Positions 1 through 10,177 are shown, counted from the stretch's first letter. The stretch is DNA of 64,000 nt from Candidatus Latescibacterota bacterium (GCA_965217865.1 CBDCJO010000001.1:160001-224000), one strand, 5' to 3'. Program-made: numbers and translations. The notes: generated by a model from the letters alone, not told the origin.

Positions 1-195
1 TTGAAAAAATATTTGATTCCGGATCTGATGATTCTTATCACCGGGCATTGTCTTCCCAGTTCCAGATATCCATTTTTCCCGAATTCACCGAAACTCTCCG
101 GCGTAAAAGAAACCGAATATGGCGACCTGTGTTTTATTAATATAATGTTCGTTACAGGAAGCAGCCACCAATTTTTTTAAAATCTTGGACAAGGC

Positions 196-224
196 TTGCC
201 CCCCCCGGTTGAAATCGTTATACT
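196..224 (+). promoter_or_regulatory. Putative sigma70 promoter for the ferritin-like gene
   Basis: TTGCCC(196-201)-17 bp-TATACT(219-224); GAGGAGG RBS before ATG 278. Confidence 0.45.
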
Positions 225-277
225 ATTGTGCTAAGGAATAGACATGAAGGATTGATCACACGTTACGAGGAGGCCCG

Positions 278-736
278 ATGGCTGTGGACAAATCACGGCA
301 GAAGATCATCGAAGGACTTACGGACCTGTATGCGATGGAGATCGAGGCGGTAGAAAATTTTATCGCCAACTCCATCATGCTGGATGGGGTTCGCGCCGAA
401 GAGATCAAAAAATCACTATCCGCTGACGTCACCGAGGAATTGAATCACGCCCAGCAAATCGCATTGCGAATCAAGCAGCTCCACGGCCACGTCCCCGGCT
501 CCCAGAGCCTTCCGAAGACCCAGAAAGCCCTCCAACCCCCAAAGGACACCACCGACGTGGTGACCGTTATTAAAGGCGTGATGAAAACGGAGCAGGCGGT
601 CATCACCCTGTATAACAAAGTCATCCGGCAATGTGAGGGAAAGGATTATGTCACCCAGGACCTACTGATCTCGCTTCTCGGGCAGGAGGAGGGTCACTTC
701 ATCGAATTTGAGGGTTTCCTAAAAGAGTATAGGTAA
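278..736 (+). CDS. Ferritin/bacterioferritin-like di-iron protein
   Basis: 152 aa; ferroxidase-type pattern E..(MEIEA), EELNH, KTE, QEEGH; strong RBS. Confidence 0.85.
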   Translation: MAVDKSRQKIIEGLTDLYAMEIEAVENFIANSIMLDGVRAEEIKKSLSADVTEELNHAQQIALRIKQLHGHVPGSQSLPKTQKALQPPKDTTDVVTVIKGVMKTEQAVITLYNKVIRQCEGKDYVTQDLLISLLGQEEGHFIEFEGFLKEYR

Positions 737-998
737 TAAGCGTTCCCGAGGGGGTTTTGCTTCACTCGGCCGCAACAAATTCGTGATTCGCACGATCGAC
801 GGCCTTTTCGATCCCCGAATCACGAACCACGATCCACGGTATCCCTGACCTCCGCTTTCCTGAGTCCGAATCCAATACTCGACTTCTTTTATCCAACTTT
901 AACTTTTACTAACCACCGAATTATCAATTAATTATCATTTTTTATTCAATTTTCCACGCGCGTGGCAAATTCGTTCGTGAAACTCGATTTGATAATCC

Positions 999-1134
999 CC
1001 CGACCCCTGACATCCGACCTCTGACCCCTTACCTCCGACCCCCGATTTTCGTTTCACGTCCCACGTCTGATGTTCTGCCCCCTGGCCTCTGGCCCCCGAC
1101 ACCTGATTTTCCATTTTGCATTTTCCACTTTGCA
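999..1134. repeat. Degenerate 7-nt tandem repeat tract (STRR-like)
   Basis: CCCGACC CCTGACA TCCGACC TCTGACC CCTTACC TCCGACC ... TTTTCCA TTTTGCA TTTTCCA CTTTGCA, between convergent genes. Confidence 0.75.
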
Positions 1135-1139
1135 ATTCC

Positions 1140-2261
1140 TCATCCCGTTTCCTCCAATACATTCATCGAGATGACGCCGTTGGTATACGGCCAAGCAGGA
1201 TGGGACCTGTCCGGATCGGGGTCCACATCGAGGAAGAAAACGATTATGCGCCCGTCCGGTAGAATGGCGTGCTCCGGCCGGGCTCCCGACTCGGGTACCC
1301 CCGTGACCGACTCCAGGTGAACGTCCTCTTGCCAAGTCACGCCCTCGTCATCGCTCGTGTAGACCCCGATTCCCATGCTCCGGTTGTCCTGGATGATCTT
1401 CTGGACCAATACCGTCCGGCCCCGAGGGGATATGAACATGTTCGGATACTTGCCGGTAATATTGGGCTGAGGCTCGGTCCACGTGCGCCCTCCATCGTCC
1501 GAAACCGTACGATACTGGGTGCGGATGTAGGAGACGCGCATCAAGGCGATGAGCCTGCCGCTGGGGAGCTCGACCACCCCCGTTTCATTAAATCGTTCCC
1601 TTGTCCCCAGCTCTTCCTCGTACCCGGGATCACTGTCGGCCACCACCTCCACGTGGCCCCACGTCCGGCCCATATCGAGGGAGCGGACGAGCCCGGAGTA
1701 GGAGTGGGCCATCTTCCGGCCGTAGAACGTGTAGACGATGACCGGGCAGATGACGGAACCGTCCTGCAGCTCGAGGATCCGCCCTTGGGGGCGAGTCAGC
1801 GTACCGGTGCGGGCTATCCAGTGAGGCGTGCTCCAGGTTTCTCCGTTGTCCGAAGACCGCATGACATACGCCCGTCCGTAGTTGCCTTCGCCCCTGAAGT
1901 CCATGTAGGTCTGGATGGGTCCGGTGATAGGAACGCCCGGGATTCGGGGGGTGGTCACGTCAACGAAGGGAAGGAGTATGGTGCCATCGGAAAGGGTAGC
2001 CATTCCAGAACCTGCGCCTGCCGCTCCAGTCTCTTTCCACTGTGATTCCACTAGATTGCCGGGGGCCGACCATGTCGTACCCCCATCCGTCGACCGCGTC
2101 ACCATCACCTTGCCTCCCCAGACGCCGTCGCTCGTGGTACCGAAGGCGACCACCAGATCGCCGTTCCGACCACACGCAACCCCTGCCCAGACCCCTCCTC
2201 GCGCGACGATCTGTTTGCCGGCGACGTTGAAGATGTTCCCCCTTGCCGTATCGCACTTCAT
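1140..2261 (-). CDS. BNR/Asp-box beta-propeller protein (sialidase family)
   Basis: Five Asp-boxes (STDGGTTW, SSDNGETW, SLDMGRTW, SDDGGRTW, SDDEGVTW). Start taken at ATG 2261, which overlaps the ggt stop (TGATG). Confidence 0.8.
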   Translation of the reverse strand: MKCDTARGNIFNVAGKQIVARGGVWAGVACGRNGDLVVAFGTTSDGVWGGKVMVTRSTDGGTTWSAPGNLVESQWKETGAAGAGSGMATLSDGTILLPFVDVTTPRIPGVPITGPIQTYMDFRGEGNYGRAYVMRSSDNGETWSTPHWIARTGTLTRPQGRILELQDGSVICPVIVYTFYGRKMAHSYSGLVRSLDMGRTWGHVEVVADSDPGYEEELGTRERFNETGVVELPSGRLIALMRVSYIRTQYRTVSDDGGRTWTEPQPNITGKYPNMFISPRGRTVLVQKIIQDNRSMGIGVYTSDDEGVTWQEDVHLESVTGVPESGARPEHAILPDGRIIVFFLDVDPDPDRSHPAWPYTNGVISMNVLEETG

Positions 2262-3889
2262 CAGTATCCCACCGCATAACCATCCCGCCTCGGATCCGCC
2301 CCGCCCATCAGGGCCTTCGACTCCGGATGGATTAGAATGGCCATGGCGCTCCCCGTAGCCGACCAACCCTCGATGAGGCTGACCGGATTCCCCTTTTCCG
2401 AGAGGCACCGACAGACCTCCTCCGGGAAACGGTCTTCGAGCCGAAGTTCGTCCGGGCATGTGTGGGGCCACGTGGATTCGGTTCCGTTCTGGAGATGGCG
2501 CCATCGCGGGGCCTCGACGGCCTCCTGAGGATTCATCCCGAAATCGATCACGTGGCTGATGATCTGCATATTGGTCTGAACTTGTGTATCGGCCCCGGGG
2601 GTACCGCAGACAAGGAAGGGATCGTCACCCTTGAAGACCATCACTGGATTCATCGTGTGGCGGACCCGCTTGCCCGGCATCAGACAATCCACGTGGTCCG
2701 GATCCAGGTGCCAGTAGGTCATTCGGTTGTTCAGGAGGATGCCCGTCCGATCCGCGATCAGCCCGGAGCCCATGGCCGACTGGATGCTCTGAAGCTGGCA
2801 GACCGCATTGCCCCAACGGTCCACGACGCAGAAACAGGTCGTGTCCTCGTGGGCCTCCGGACCTCCGGATGGAACGTCGGCCATCGCCCGGTCCGCATCA
2901 ATCCTGCGCGCCTGGGACTTTCCATACGCCTTGGACAGGAGTCCCTGGAGCGGGATGTCCGCGTGGTCAGGGTCCGCAAGGTAGCGCTCCCTGTCCGCGA
3001 AGGCCATACGCTTTGCCTCCACCATCACGTGAATACTTTCCGGCGTATTGCATCCCATTCCCACGATGTCAAACTGTTCGATCACGTTTAATTCCTGAAG
3101 GAGCACGTGTCCCGAGGAATTGGGCGGAAACTCGAAGACCTGGTAACCCCGATAACTCGTCGTGATGGGGTCATCCCACCGGGCGCGAAAACCGGATAAG
3201 TCTTCCTCTGTGAGAAGTCCCCCCATACCCTCGCTGAATTTCACGATATCCTTCGCGATCTCCCCCCGATAGAACGCATCGGAGCCCTCTGCGGCGATAC
3301 TTCGATAAGTCTGCCCAAGATCTCTCTGAATCAGGATCTCCCCGGGACGGAGCGGCCGCCCATCCCGGGTGAAGATCTTAAGGCTGGCATCTCCAAAAGT
3401 GGGCATCTCATCGTGGATACAATGCGTTAGTTTGTAGCCAACCGGAAAGCCGTTTTCACAGAGATCGTAAGCGGGTTCAAAAACTTGATCCAGCTTCAGC
3501 CGGCCATATTTCCCGTGAGCCAGGAACCATCCATCCACCAGTCCCGGGACCGAGACCGAGAAAATTCCCTTCATCGGGATGCCTTTTTTCTGGAAAATCT
3601 CTCTCCTGGCCTTTCCCGGGGCGGGTCCCGTGGCATTGATACACCGGATCTCCTTCCGGTTTGCATCGTAGATCATCAAGAACCCGTCCCCTCCGATGCC
3701 GGACGACTCGGGCTCGACCACACCTAAGGCCACCGCGACCCCGATTGCAGCATCCACGGCGTTCCCGCCTGCCAACAGGACCCGCAATCCCGCCTGCGAT
3801 GCGAGCGGATGACCCGATGCGACCATACCCCTCATGCCCATCACAGGAGGCCGATGCGCCTCAGCCACGACGCCGTGCGGGGATGTCAT
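2261..3889 (-). CDS. ggt: Gamma-glutamyltransferase family protein
   Basis: GMVASGHPLAS..GGNAVDAA, GIGGDGF, AFADR, Thr nucleophile in DTTCF, GTPGAD, terminal DPRRDG. Confidence 0.93.
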   Translation of the reverse strand: MTSPHGVVAEAHRPPVMGMRGMVASGHPLASQAGLRVLLAGGNAVDAAIGVAVALGVVEPESSGIGGDGFLMIYDANRKEIRCINATGPAPGKARREIFQKKGIPMKGIFSVSVPGLVDGWFLAHGKYGRLKLDQVFEPAYDLCENGFPVGYKLTHCIHDEMPTFGDASLKIFTRDGRPLRPGEILIQRDLGQTYRSIAAEGSDAFYRGEIAKDIVKFSEGMGGLLTEEDLSGFRARWDDPITTSYRGYQVFEFPPNSSGHVLLQELNVIEQFDIVGMGCNTPESIHVMVEAKRMAFADRERYLADPDHADIPLQGLLSKAYGKSQARRIDADRAMADVPSGGPEAHEDTTCFCVVDRWGNAVCQLQSIQSAMGSGLIADRTGILLNNRMTYWHLDPDHVDCLMPGKRVRHTMNPVMVFKGDDPFLVCGTPGADTQVQTNMQIISHVIDFGMNPQEAVEAPRWRHLQNGTESTWPHTCPDELRLEDRFPEEVCRCLSEKGNPVSLIEGWSATGSAMAILIHPESKALMGGADPRRDGYAVGY

Positions 3890-4054
3890 ACGATTCCTCA
3901 GGAGAGTTCCTCAGATTCAGGTTTTAAGCTTATGACATCGAGGTCAGCTTGGGTTTGTCAGGCGACTATCCCAAGTGCTTTGGGGTTGCGAAAGGCCCGG
4001 TTTTTAGCTTACATTAATTTATGAAACGAATCTATCGATACGCAGAGGTGCCCC

Positions 4055-4444
4055 ATGGATATATTGAATGCCGTAACGGATAAGCTGGAAGGCTTGAGCC
4101 GGCTCATCGGGAATGAGTGCGTGTTCGGAAAGCCGGAGCGGATGGAGGGAAAGGCCATCCTCCCCGTAGCCGAGGTTTCGTGGAGTGGAGGTGCGGGTTT
4201 CGGGGTGGGAGAGGAACAACCGAAGGATAACCCAGGCGCCGGGCACCGGGTAGGAAAGGGAGGCGGGGGTGGAGGAAAAGTCAAAGTACGGCCCGTGGCC
4301 CTGGTGGAGATCACCGCGGACCAGACACGGATCGTTCCCATCGTGGATCGCACAAAAGTCATCCTCGCGGGCATGTTCCTCGTGGCGTGGAACGTCTTTT
4401 GGCTGGCCTACACCATCCGAAAACTCTTGCGGAAATGGCGGTAA
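4055..4444 (+). CDS. GerW/YtfJ-family protein
   Basis: VFGKP..G..ILPVA.V...GGAG...GGGGGG.V..PVA pattern and a C-terminal hydrophobic helix. Confidence 0.75.
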   Translation: MDILNAVTDKLEGLSRLIGNECVFGKPERMEGKAILPVAEVSWSGGAGFGVGEEQPKDNPGAGHRVGKGGGGGGKVKVRPVALVEITADQTRIVPIVDRTKVILAGMFLVAWNVFWLAYTIRKLLRKWR

Positions 4445-4531
4445 CGCGAATCTTGTAGTCTCCCTGATCGGGGCGATCACCAGGATCGTCCATAAGAAAA
4501 GCTCCCCCATAAGGATGCGGGTTCAGGCATT

Positions 4532-5278
4532 ATGGATGATCTTCTTTATGGACGTCGAACCGTCTCCGAGGCCCTCAGTTCCGACAGGGGGTTCAACCGC
4601 ATCCTGATCTCCGGAGACCCTCACCATCCCCCGATCGCAGATATTATTGATAAAGCCCGAAATCGGGGAATCCCTTTCCAGCTCACAGACCGGAAGCGGC
4701 TCGATGCCCTGTGTCAGGCAACCCATCAGGGTGTGGTCGCCTTTGTCGCCGCACACGCTTACACTCCACTGGAGGATATCCTTGCGGGGGCCGGTCGGTC
4801 GGGGGATCCGCCGTTGGTCATCGTTCTCGATAGGATTCAGGACCCGAACAACCTCGGCGCCATTATCCGGACCTCAGCGGCGACCTGCGTGGACGGGGTC
4901 ATCATTCCAAAACGCAGTGCATCAGGAGTAACCCCGGCCGTAGCAAAAGCCTCAGCCGGGGCTGTTGAACGCATCCCGGTTGCCCAGGTTTCAAACATCT
5001 CCGCATCCCTCAAGATCCTTAAGGACGAAGGGTTTTGGACCGTCGGTCTCGGGCAGGATTTTCCTGTCCCCTTCACGGACATCGACTTTCGTTCACCGAC
5101 GGCTTTGGTTTTGGGGGGGGAGGAACGCGGGATCCGGCCGCTAGTTCAAAGGGGCTGTGACCACTTGATCCACATCCCAACGGCCCCCGAATCTCAATCT
5201 CTCAATGCCTCGGTGGCTGCGGCACTGGTTCTTTACGAAGCTTTTCGGCAGAGAAAAAGCCGAGATCAGGCTACGTGA
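4532..5278 (+). CDS. rlmB: 23S rRNA (guanosine-2'-O)-methyltransferase, TrmH/SpoU family
   Basis: HQGVVA, IQDPNNLGAIIRT, KASAGA, LGGEERG, SLNASVA motifs. Confidence 0.9.
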   Translation: MDDLLYGRRTVSEALSSDRGFNRILISGDPHHPPIADIIDKARNRGIPFQLTDRKRLDALCQATHQGVVAFVAAHAYTPLEDILAGAGRSGDPPLVIVLDRIQDPNNLGAIIRTSAATCVDGVIIPKRSASGVTPAVAKASAGAVERIPVAQVSNISASLKILKDEGFWTVGLGQDFPVPFTDIDFRSPTALVLGGEERGIRPLVQRGCDHLIHIPTAPESQSLNASVAAALVLYEAFRQRKSRDQAT

Positions 5279-6438
5279 TAAACCAGACACTTTAGGTACT
5301 GGGTCTCTCTTGCCCCGGGTAGAATGGGATGATCCGAGGCCTGAGTCCGGACTTCAAACAGACGGAGGGAACGCCTCGCATCCTGCGCGGCCTGGTTTAC
5401 AACCGCCCGGAAGGCCTCTTCGCTGAGATGGTAGGAACATGAACAGGTCACAAGGATTCCCCCCGGATTCAAGATCTTTAAAGCCCGCAAGTTGATCTCT
5501 TTATAACCGCGCGTCGCCCCTTCCAACCTGTGCCGGCTCTGAGTGAAGGACGGAGGATCCAGGACAATCAGGTCGAACCGTTCTCTCTTCGATTCGAAAT
5601 CACGAAGCCGGTCAAATGCGTTCCCGACCTCGAAATGACACTGGTCTTCCATCTTGTTGAGACCGGCGTTGGATCGCGCCATCGCCACAGCCTGCTCGGA
5701 GACATCAAAACCGATGGCTGACGTTGCCCCTCCTTGCACGGCGTGCAGGGCGAATGCTCCCGAATAACAGAATGCATCGAGTACCCTTGCTCCTTTAGCA
5801 AGGCGACAGACCAGATCCCAGTTTTCCCGCTGATCAAGGAAAAGGCCGGTCTTCTGCCCTTTTACCACATCGACCCGAAGACGAAGCCCACCCAGTTGGA
5901 TCTCGGGACAATCCCCCAAACACCCCCATAACACCCCTTTGGTCGCGGACAACCCCTCGTGACCCCGCACCGACATGTCGCTCCGCTCATAGATCCCCTC
6001 CGGATGGAGGATATCCTTGAGGACATCCACGATCCGATCCCGCCATCTGTCCATACCCAGCGTCAAAATCTGAAGGACAAGCAATTCCCCATAGCGGTCC
6101 ACGATCAACCCGGGAAGAAAGTCGGAGTCTGAATAGACCATCCTCCCCACCTGGAGATCGGGAACAAGTCCCTCCCGAAAGGAAACGGCAGCTGCGATTC
6201 GGTTTCTGAGAAAGGATTCATCCACGGGCCCCCGTTGGCGGGAGAGGAGGCGACCCACAATTTGTGATTTGCGATTGACGTGGGCCAAACCCAGTGGACG
6301 ATGCCGGTGATCCTTGACATCGATCACATCTCCGTCGCGGAACTCCCCCCTGAATCGTTCCACTTCGCTTGAGTATATCCACGGGTGTCCGGCCTTAAGA
6401 CGCTGGTCCCGCCCTTTTCTCAAAATCATTGACGGCAT
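5266..6438 (-). CDS. rlmI: PUA-domain class I SAM-dependent rRNA methyltransferase
   Basis: GHPWIY, DFLPGLIVDRY, GQKTGLFLDQREN, LDAFCYSGAF, LDPPSF, TCSCS. Confidence 0.88.
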   Translation of the reverse strand: MPSMILRKGRDQRLKAGHPWIYSSEVERFRGEFRDGDVIDVKDHRHRPLGLAHVNRKSQIVGRLLSRQRGPVDESFLRNRIAAAVSFREGLVPDLQVGRMVYSDSDFLPGLIVDRYGELLVLQILTLGMDRWRDRIVDVLKDILHPEGIYERSDMSVRGHEGLSATKGVLWGCLGDCPEIQLGGLRLRVDVVKGQKTGLFLDQRENWDLVCRLAKGARVLDAFCYSGAFALHAVQGGATSAIGFDVSEQAVAMARSNAGLNKMEDQCHFEVGNAFDRLRDFESKRERFDLIVLDPPSFTQSRHRLEGATRGYKEINLRALKILNPGGILVTCSCSYHLSEEAFRAVVNQAAQDARRSLRLFEVRTQASDHPILPGARETQYLKCLVYHVA

Positions 6439-6480
6439 GGATAAACAAAAAAAAGTGAGGGTGAATACGGTGCCGGTTTA

Positions 6481-6511
6481 ACGACTCACCACTCACGACT
6501 CACGATTCGCG
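6481..6511. repeat. Short 7-nt tandem repeat
   Basis: ACGACTC ACCACTC ACGACTC ACGATTC between pdaD and rlmI. Confidence 0.6.
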
Positions 6512-6513
6512 TA

Positions 6514-7059
6514 TCAAGGAAGCAGGATCGCCCCGGCCACAACGGTCGTCCACAGGCCTTCCTTATTCCCCACCGCTGTCTGCGTAATATTTCGGGTCCG
6601 GACGATCTGACCGCTGATACGCCAGACCTCCTTCCGCTCGTCATAACTCGTATCCGGATTGAAATCCACCCCAAGTGTCGTGGCCAACATCGTGGCGGCC
6701 AGATCTTCCGCATAATCTCCGGCCACCTCTTCACGCTCCCCGAAGGAGTGATGTTCCGAAAGATAGCCGTGTCGACTCGGGTCGGAAGGGATCGCCACGC
6801 CCACCGAGGCTGCTATAAGGCGATTTGGCTCGTTCGTGGACTGATCACTCGTGACCCAGAAGACGATCTGTCCGGCCGAAAGCTCCTTGAGCCCTTGCCT
6901 CCGTGAAATGATCTTGCAATCGGGCGGAAAGATACTTTTTACGCTGACCAGATTGAACTCGGCGATATCTGCATCCCGAAGCGCCATCTCAAAGCTCGTC
7001 AACTTTTCCTTATGCATCCCGACGCCTTTTGCAAGAAACATCCTCTTGGGCACAAACAT
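6514..7059 (-). CDS. pdaD: Pyruvoyl-dependent arginine decarboxylase
   Basis: SFEMALRDADIAEFNLV.V.SIFPP, IAASVGVAIP, GYLSEHH, WTTVVA. Confidence 0.88.
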   Translation of the reverse strand: MFVPKRMFLAKGVGMHKEKLTSFEMALRDADIAEFNLVSVKSIFPPDCKIISRRQGLKELSAGQIVFWVTSDQSTNEPNRLIAASVGVAIPSDPSRHGYLSEHHSFGEREEVAGDYAEDLAATMLATTLGVDFNPDTSYDERKEVWRISGQIVRTRNITQTAVGNKEGLWTTVVAGAILLP

Positions 7060-7073
7060 CCCGATCTCCTCCG

Positions 7074-7883
7074 TTAATCTCCCGATTCCGACGACTCGAT
7101 CGATTGGACGAATTCCGGTCGTAAAGCACCCTCACCGAAAACCATCGGGAAGGAAGTGCCCTTATCCGACTTTGTGGCCCCATCGATATAACAGACGCTC
7201 AAGGCCCGCCGGGGATGATCCGTCATATTGATCGCCGAGCTGTGGAGGAGCCGGTTGTGGAGCAAGACCGATTCACCGGCCTGTAGTTCAATCGGAATGG
7301 GGTCGTCGTTCGCCTTCAGGAGGGCCTTTATCTGTTCTTCCGAGGGATGGGTCGGGACATCATTATGATGCGACCCCGGAACAATATGGATGCACCCGTT
7401 CTCGACCGTAGTGCGATCCAGCGCCGTCCACACGATGATCAGCGGTTCTCGATCCAGATTGGAGAAACCGTCGTGGTGCCAGGGAAGGTATGTGCCGGCC
7501 CTCGCGGGTTTATTCATCATCATCGCCCTGTTGGTTGCGATCGGCGTGTCCGGACCATAGACCCGGGCACAAATCTCCCGAAAGATCGATTTTTGAAGAT
7601 AAGAAAGAAAGAGCGGATCCAGTTCGAGTTCCGTGATCTTGCGATAGTTCAGCGATGGCCCTTTGTGCCCTTTTGTCTGCGGAAACATATCTTTGTACAC
7701 AACGCTTTCGGCATCCATCTGCATCATGATCCGGCCGTAATCGAGGGGGGACTTGCCGAGCATAATCTCGTCGATTCGCGCCAGCAGGGCCTGGAGCTCT
7801 TCATCCTCCAGCAGTTTCCCCAGGTGTATATATCCCTTCTTACTGAAAATATCCCACTGTTTATCCCGGATTTGTGGATGCAT
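7074..7883 (-). CDS. Phytanoyl-CoA dioxygenase (PhyH) family Fe/2OG enzyme
   Basis: PWHHD (HxD), WTALD..T.ENGC...PGSH, LLHSS..N....RRA. Confidence 0.88.
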   Translation of the reverse strand: MHPQIRDKQWDIFSKKGYIHLGKLLEDEELQALLARIDEIMLGKSPLDYGRIMMQMDAESVVYKDMFPQTKGHKGPSLNYRKITELELDPLFLSYLQKSIFREICARVYGPDTPIATNRAMMMNKPARAGTYLPWHHDGFSNLDREPLIIVWTALDRTTVENGCIHIVPGSHHNDVPTHPSEEQIKALLKANDDPIPIELQAGESVLLHNRLLHSSAINMTDHPRRALSVCYIDGATKSDKGTSFPMVFGEGALRPEFVQSIESSESGD

Positions 7884-8155
7884 TGTGAGTCCTTTCGTTC
7901 TGATTTACCACCTTGAAGATCGTTCGAATTGGATATTATACCCTCCTGCACTTTTTAAGTCAAGGGATGTTTTAAGATACCCTTTTCCTCGACCTTACGG
8001 CAAAACTCACTTGGCTCACACCCATAAATGTCGGGTATTGTCCTAATTAAATAACGGATAAAATGGTTGGTGTGGACTTCAAAAATACCCTATATTTGAT
8101 CCATCTTTTCTCAATCATGGATCCGATGGATCGGCCCCTAAAATGAAGGGATTCA

Positions 8156-9322
8156 ATGCTCACCGCCACCAGGGGCAGTGTACTTCCCACCGCGATCGTG
8201 GGTTCCTATCCAAGGCCCCAATGGTATACGGAGAGCCTTCGGCGAAGGTCTTTCAAGGTCGCATTATCGGATGCCCTCTTCCGAGAGCAGTACCTGGATG
8301 CCGTGGCCTGCATCCTGAACGATCAGACCCGTGCGGGGCTTGATATCCTCACGGATGGAGACGCCCGGTTCGACCTGGACGTCGGCGGGTCCTCCTGGTT
8401 CTTCTATCCCATCGAACGAATCCACGGGGTTGAGGGTCACAGGGATAAATCCCCGGGCTGGTCGAAGCGGTTGGACCTGAGGCCTGGAAAGATATTGTGG
8501 GAGCTTCAAGAGGCCTATCAAGCCCCGGTGGCCGTTGAGAAATTACGCGGCGGCGCGCTCGATTATGCCGCGGTTTGGCAGACCGCACAGCGATTGACCG
8601 ATCGGCCGGTAAAGTTCGGGGCAATCAGTGGGCAGACCATTCCGAGCATGCTGTGGAACGAGGCCTACGAGAACGATCGGGAGATGATTTGGGACCTGGT
8701 CGGGATCATGAACGCCGAGCTAAAATCGGTTGCGGCAGCGGGCTGCAAGGTCATCCAGGTCGAGGAGCCGCTCCACCATTTTCTATCGTTGAATCCTGAA
8801 ACCACCGACGAGGAACTGGCATTCAGGACCGAGGCCTTCAACCGCGAGGTGGACGGCGTGGAGGCTGAGATCTGGGCCCATACATGCTGGGGGAACCCCA
8901 ACCAGCAGGCTATGTTCTGGGAGCGTCCGAGTTACCGACGCGCCCTTCCCCACCTCCTGCAGCTCAACGCGGATGTGATCACATTCGAATGTGCCAGTAC
9001 GGGTGGGGCTGATCTCCCTCTATTTGAAGACCACCGGACGGAAAAAAAGATCGCCATCGGGGTGGTCAGCCACACGAACACCACCGTCGAACCCCCGGAG
9101 GTGGTGGCAGAGCTGATACGCCGGGCCTTGCGCTACATTTCCCCCGAACGACTGGTGATAACGACCGACTGCGGTTTCGGGCGGGAAGGCCTTTCTCGAC
9201 GGATTGCATTCTACAAGTGTATCGCTCTGGTGGAAGGGACCAATATCGTCAGAAAAGAGCTCGGGATACCCGAGGCGGAGGTCAGAGCGTCGGACTCGAG
9301 CCTTTCATTTTCAAAACCGTAG
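8156..9322 (+). CDS. Cobalamin-independent methionine synthase II family (catalytic domain only)
   Basis: VGSYPRP, AGLDILTDG, IQVEEP; Zn ligands HTC..E..DCGF; no N-terminal barrel. Confidence 0.85.
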   Translation: MLTATRGSVLPTAIVGSYPRPQWYTESLRRRSFKVALSDALFREQYLDAVACILNDQTRAGLDILTDGDARFDLDVGGSSWFFYPIERIHGVEGHRDKSPGWSKRLDLRPGKILWELQEAYQAPVAVEKLRGGALDYAAVWQTAQRLTDRPVKFGAISGQTIPSMLWNEAYENDREMIWDLVGIMNAELKSVAAAGCKVIQVEEPLHHFLSLNPETTDEELAFRTEAFNREVDGVEAEIWAHTCWGNPNQQAMFWERPSYRRALPHLLQLNADVITFECASTGGADLPLFEDHRTEKKIAIGVVSHTNTTVEPPEVVAELIRRALRYISPERLVITTDCGFGREGLSRRIAFYKCIALVEGTNIVRKELGIPEAEVRASDSSLSFSKP

Positions 9323-9361
9323 TTTTTCTCTTACCCCTGATCCCTGGATCTTCTTTTTGAC

Positions 9362-10177
9362 ATGCCTCCGATCGTAGACAGTCATCTTCACATCTGGTCG
9401 AACGACGTTACACGATACCCCCGGGAGGAGGCACCCTACATCGGCACGGTCGAACTGTTGTGCGATTACATGGACGAAGCGCAAGTGGACCACGCCGTAA
9501 TCGTCCTGCCGCGACACTACCGTTATGATAATCGAGTCCTGGTTGATACGCTGGGGGAACATCCGGGGAAGTTCGCCGGGGTAGGGGTCGTCGACCCCCG
9601 GGGACATGGTGCAGCTGACCACCTTGCGGAACTCTCGGAGAATGGGATTCGAGGTGTTCGGATTCGGGGGATCATTGAGGAGGATTGGTTCTGCACCCCG
9701 GAAACCGAGCCTCTCTGGCGAAGAGCAGGGGAACTCGACTTGCCCCTCTGTTTGCTGGGGAATCCTGATCAGGTGGGATTGATGCGGGGAATGATCGAGC
9801 GATTTCCGGATACACCCGTCGTCATAGACCACTTCGCCTTAATCCTTGCCTCTGATGGCGCGGATTGCCCGGCCTTTCAGACTTTCCTCAGCCTGGCGGA
9901 ATTTCCGAAGGTCTTTATCAAGCTCTCGGGGCTTCACTACTGGGGAGGCGGCCGTTACCCCTATCCTTCTGCCCAGCTCAACCTGAGAGCGGCCTTACGC
10001 GCCTTTGGTGCCCGGCGGACCATGTGGGGATCCGATTGGCCTCATATCCTCTTCGGGGGAGGCTACGTGCGCAACCTGAATTTCGTCCGCCGGGAGATGA
10101 CCTGGCTTTCTGAATCGGAAAGAGATCTGGTCCTGGGAGGAACGGCGTACAGGCTGTGGTGGAAACAGGAAACCTGA
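9362..10177 (+). CDS. Amidohydrolase_2 family (sugar lactonase-like)
   Basis: DSHLH, GIRGVR, VVIDH, KLSG, WGSDWP. Confidence 0.85.
   Translation: MPPIVDSHLHIWSNDVTRYPREEAPYIGTVELLCDYMDEAQVDHAVIVLPRHYRYDNRVLVDTLGEHPGKFAGVGVVDPRGHGAADHLAELSENGIRGVRIRGIIEEDWFCTPETEPLWRRAGELDLPLCLLGNPDQVGLMRGMIERFPDTPVVIDHFALILASDGADCPAFQTFLSLAEFPKVFIKLSGLHYWGGGRYPYPSAQLNLRAALRAFGARRTMWGSDWPHILFGGGYVRNLNFVRREMTWLSESERDLVLGGTAYRLWWKQET

Noticed and set aside
1-49. Possible start of a minus-strand gene (MPGDKNHQIRNQIFFQ)
   Set aside because: Only 16 codons are visible, too few to support a call.
2262-2504. N-terminal extension of the BNR ORF
   Set aside because: Overlaps ggt out of frame; the TGATG-coupled start at 2261 is more plausible. 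Similar over-long starts were trimmed at 12476, 19025, 20393, 22018, 29797, 31305, 33925, 34572, 51643 and 62379.
5266-5278. Convergent 13-bp overlap of rlmB and rlmI
   Set aside because: Both proteins look complete; short 3' overlaps are common.
8033-8090. GGGTATT...AATACCC inverted repeat resembling IS ends
   Set aside because: Only 7 bp and no target duplication; it could be an operator or chance.
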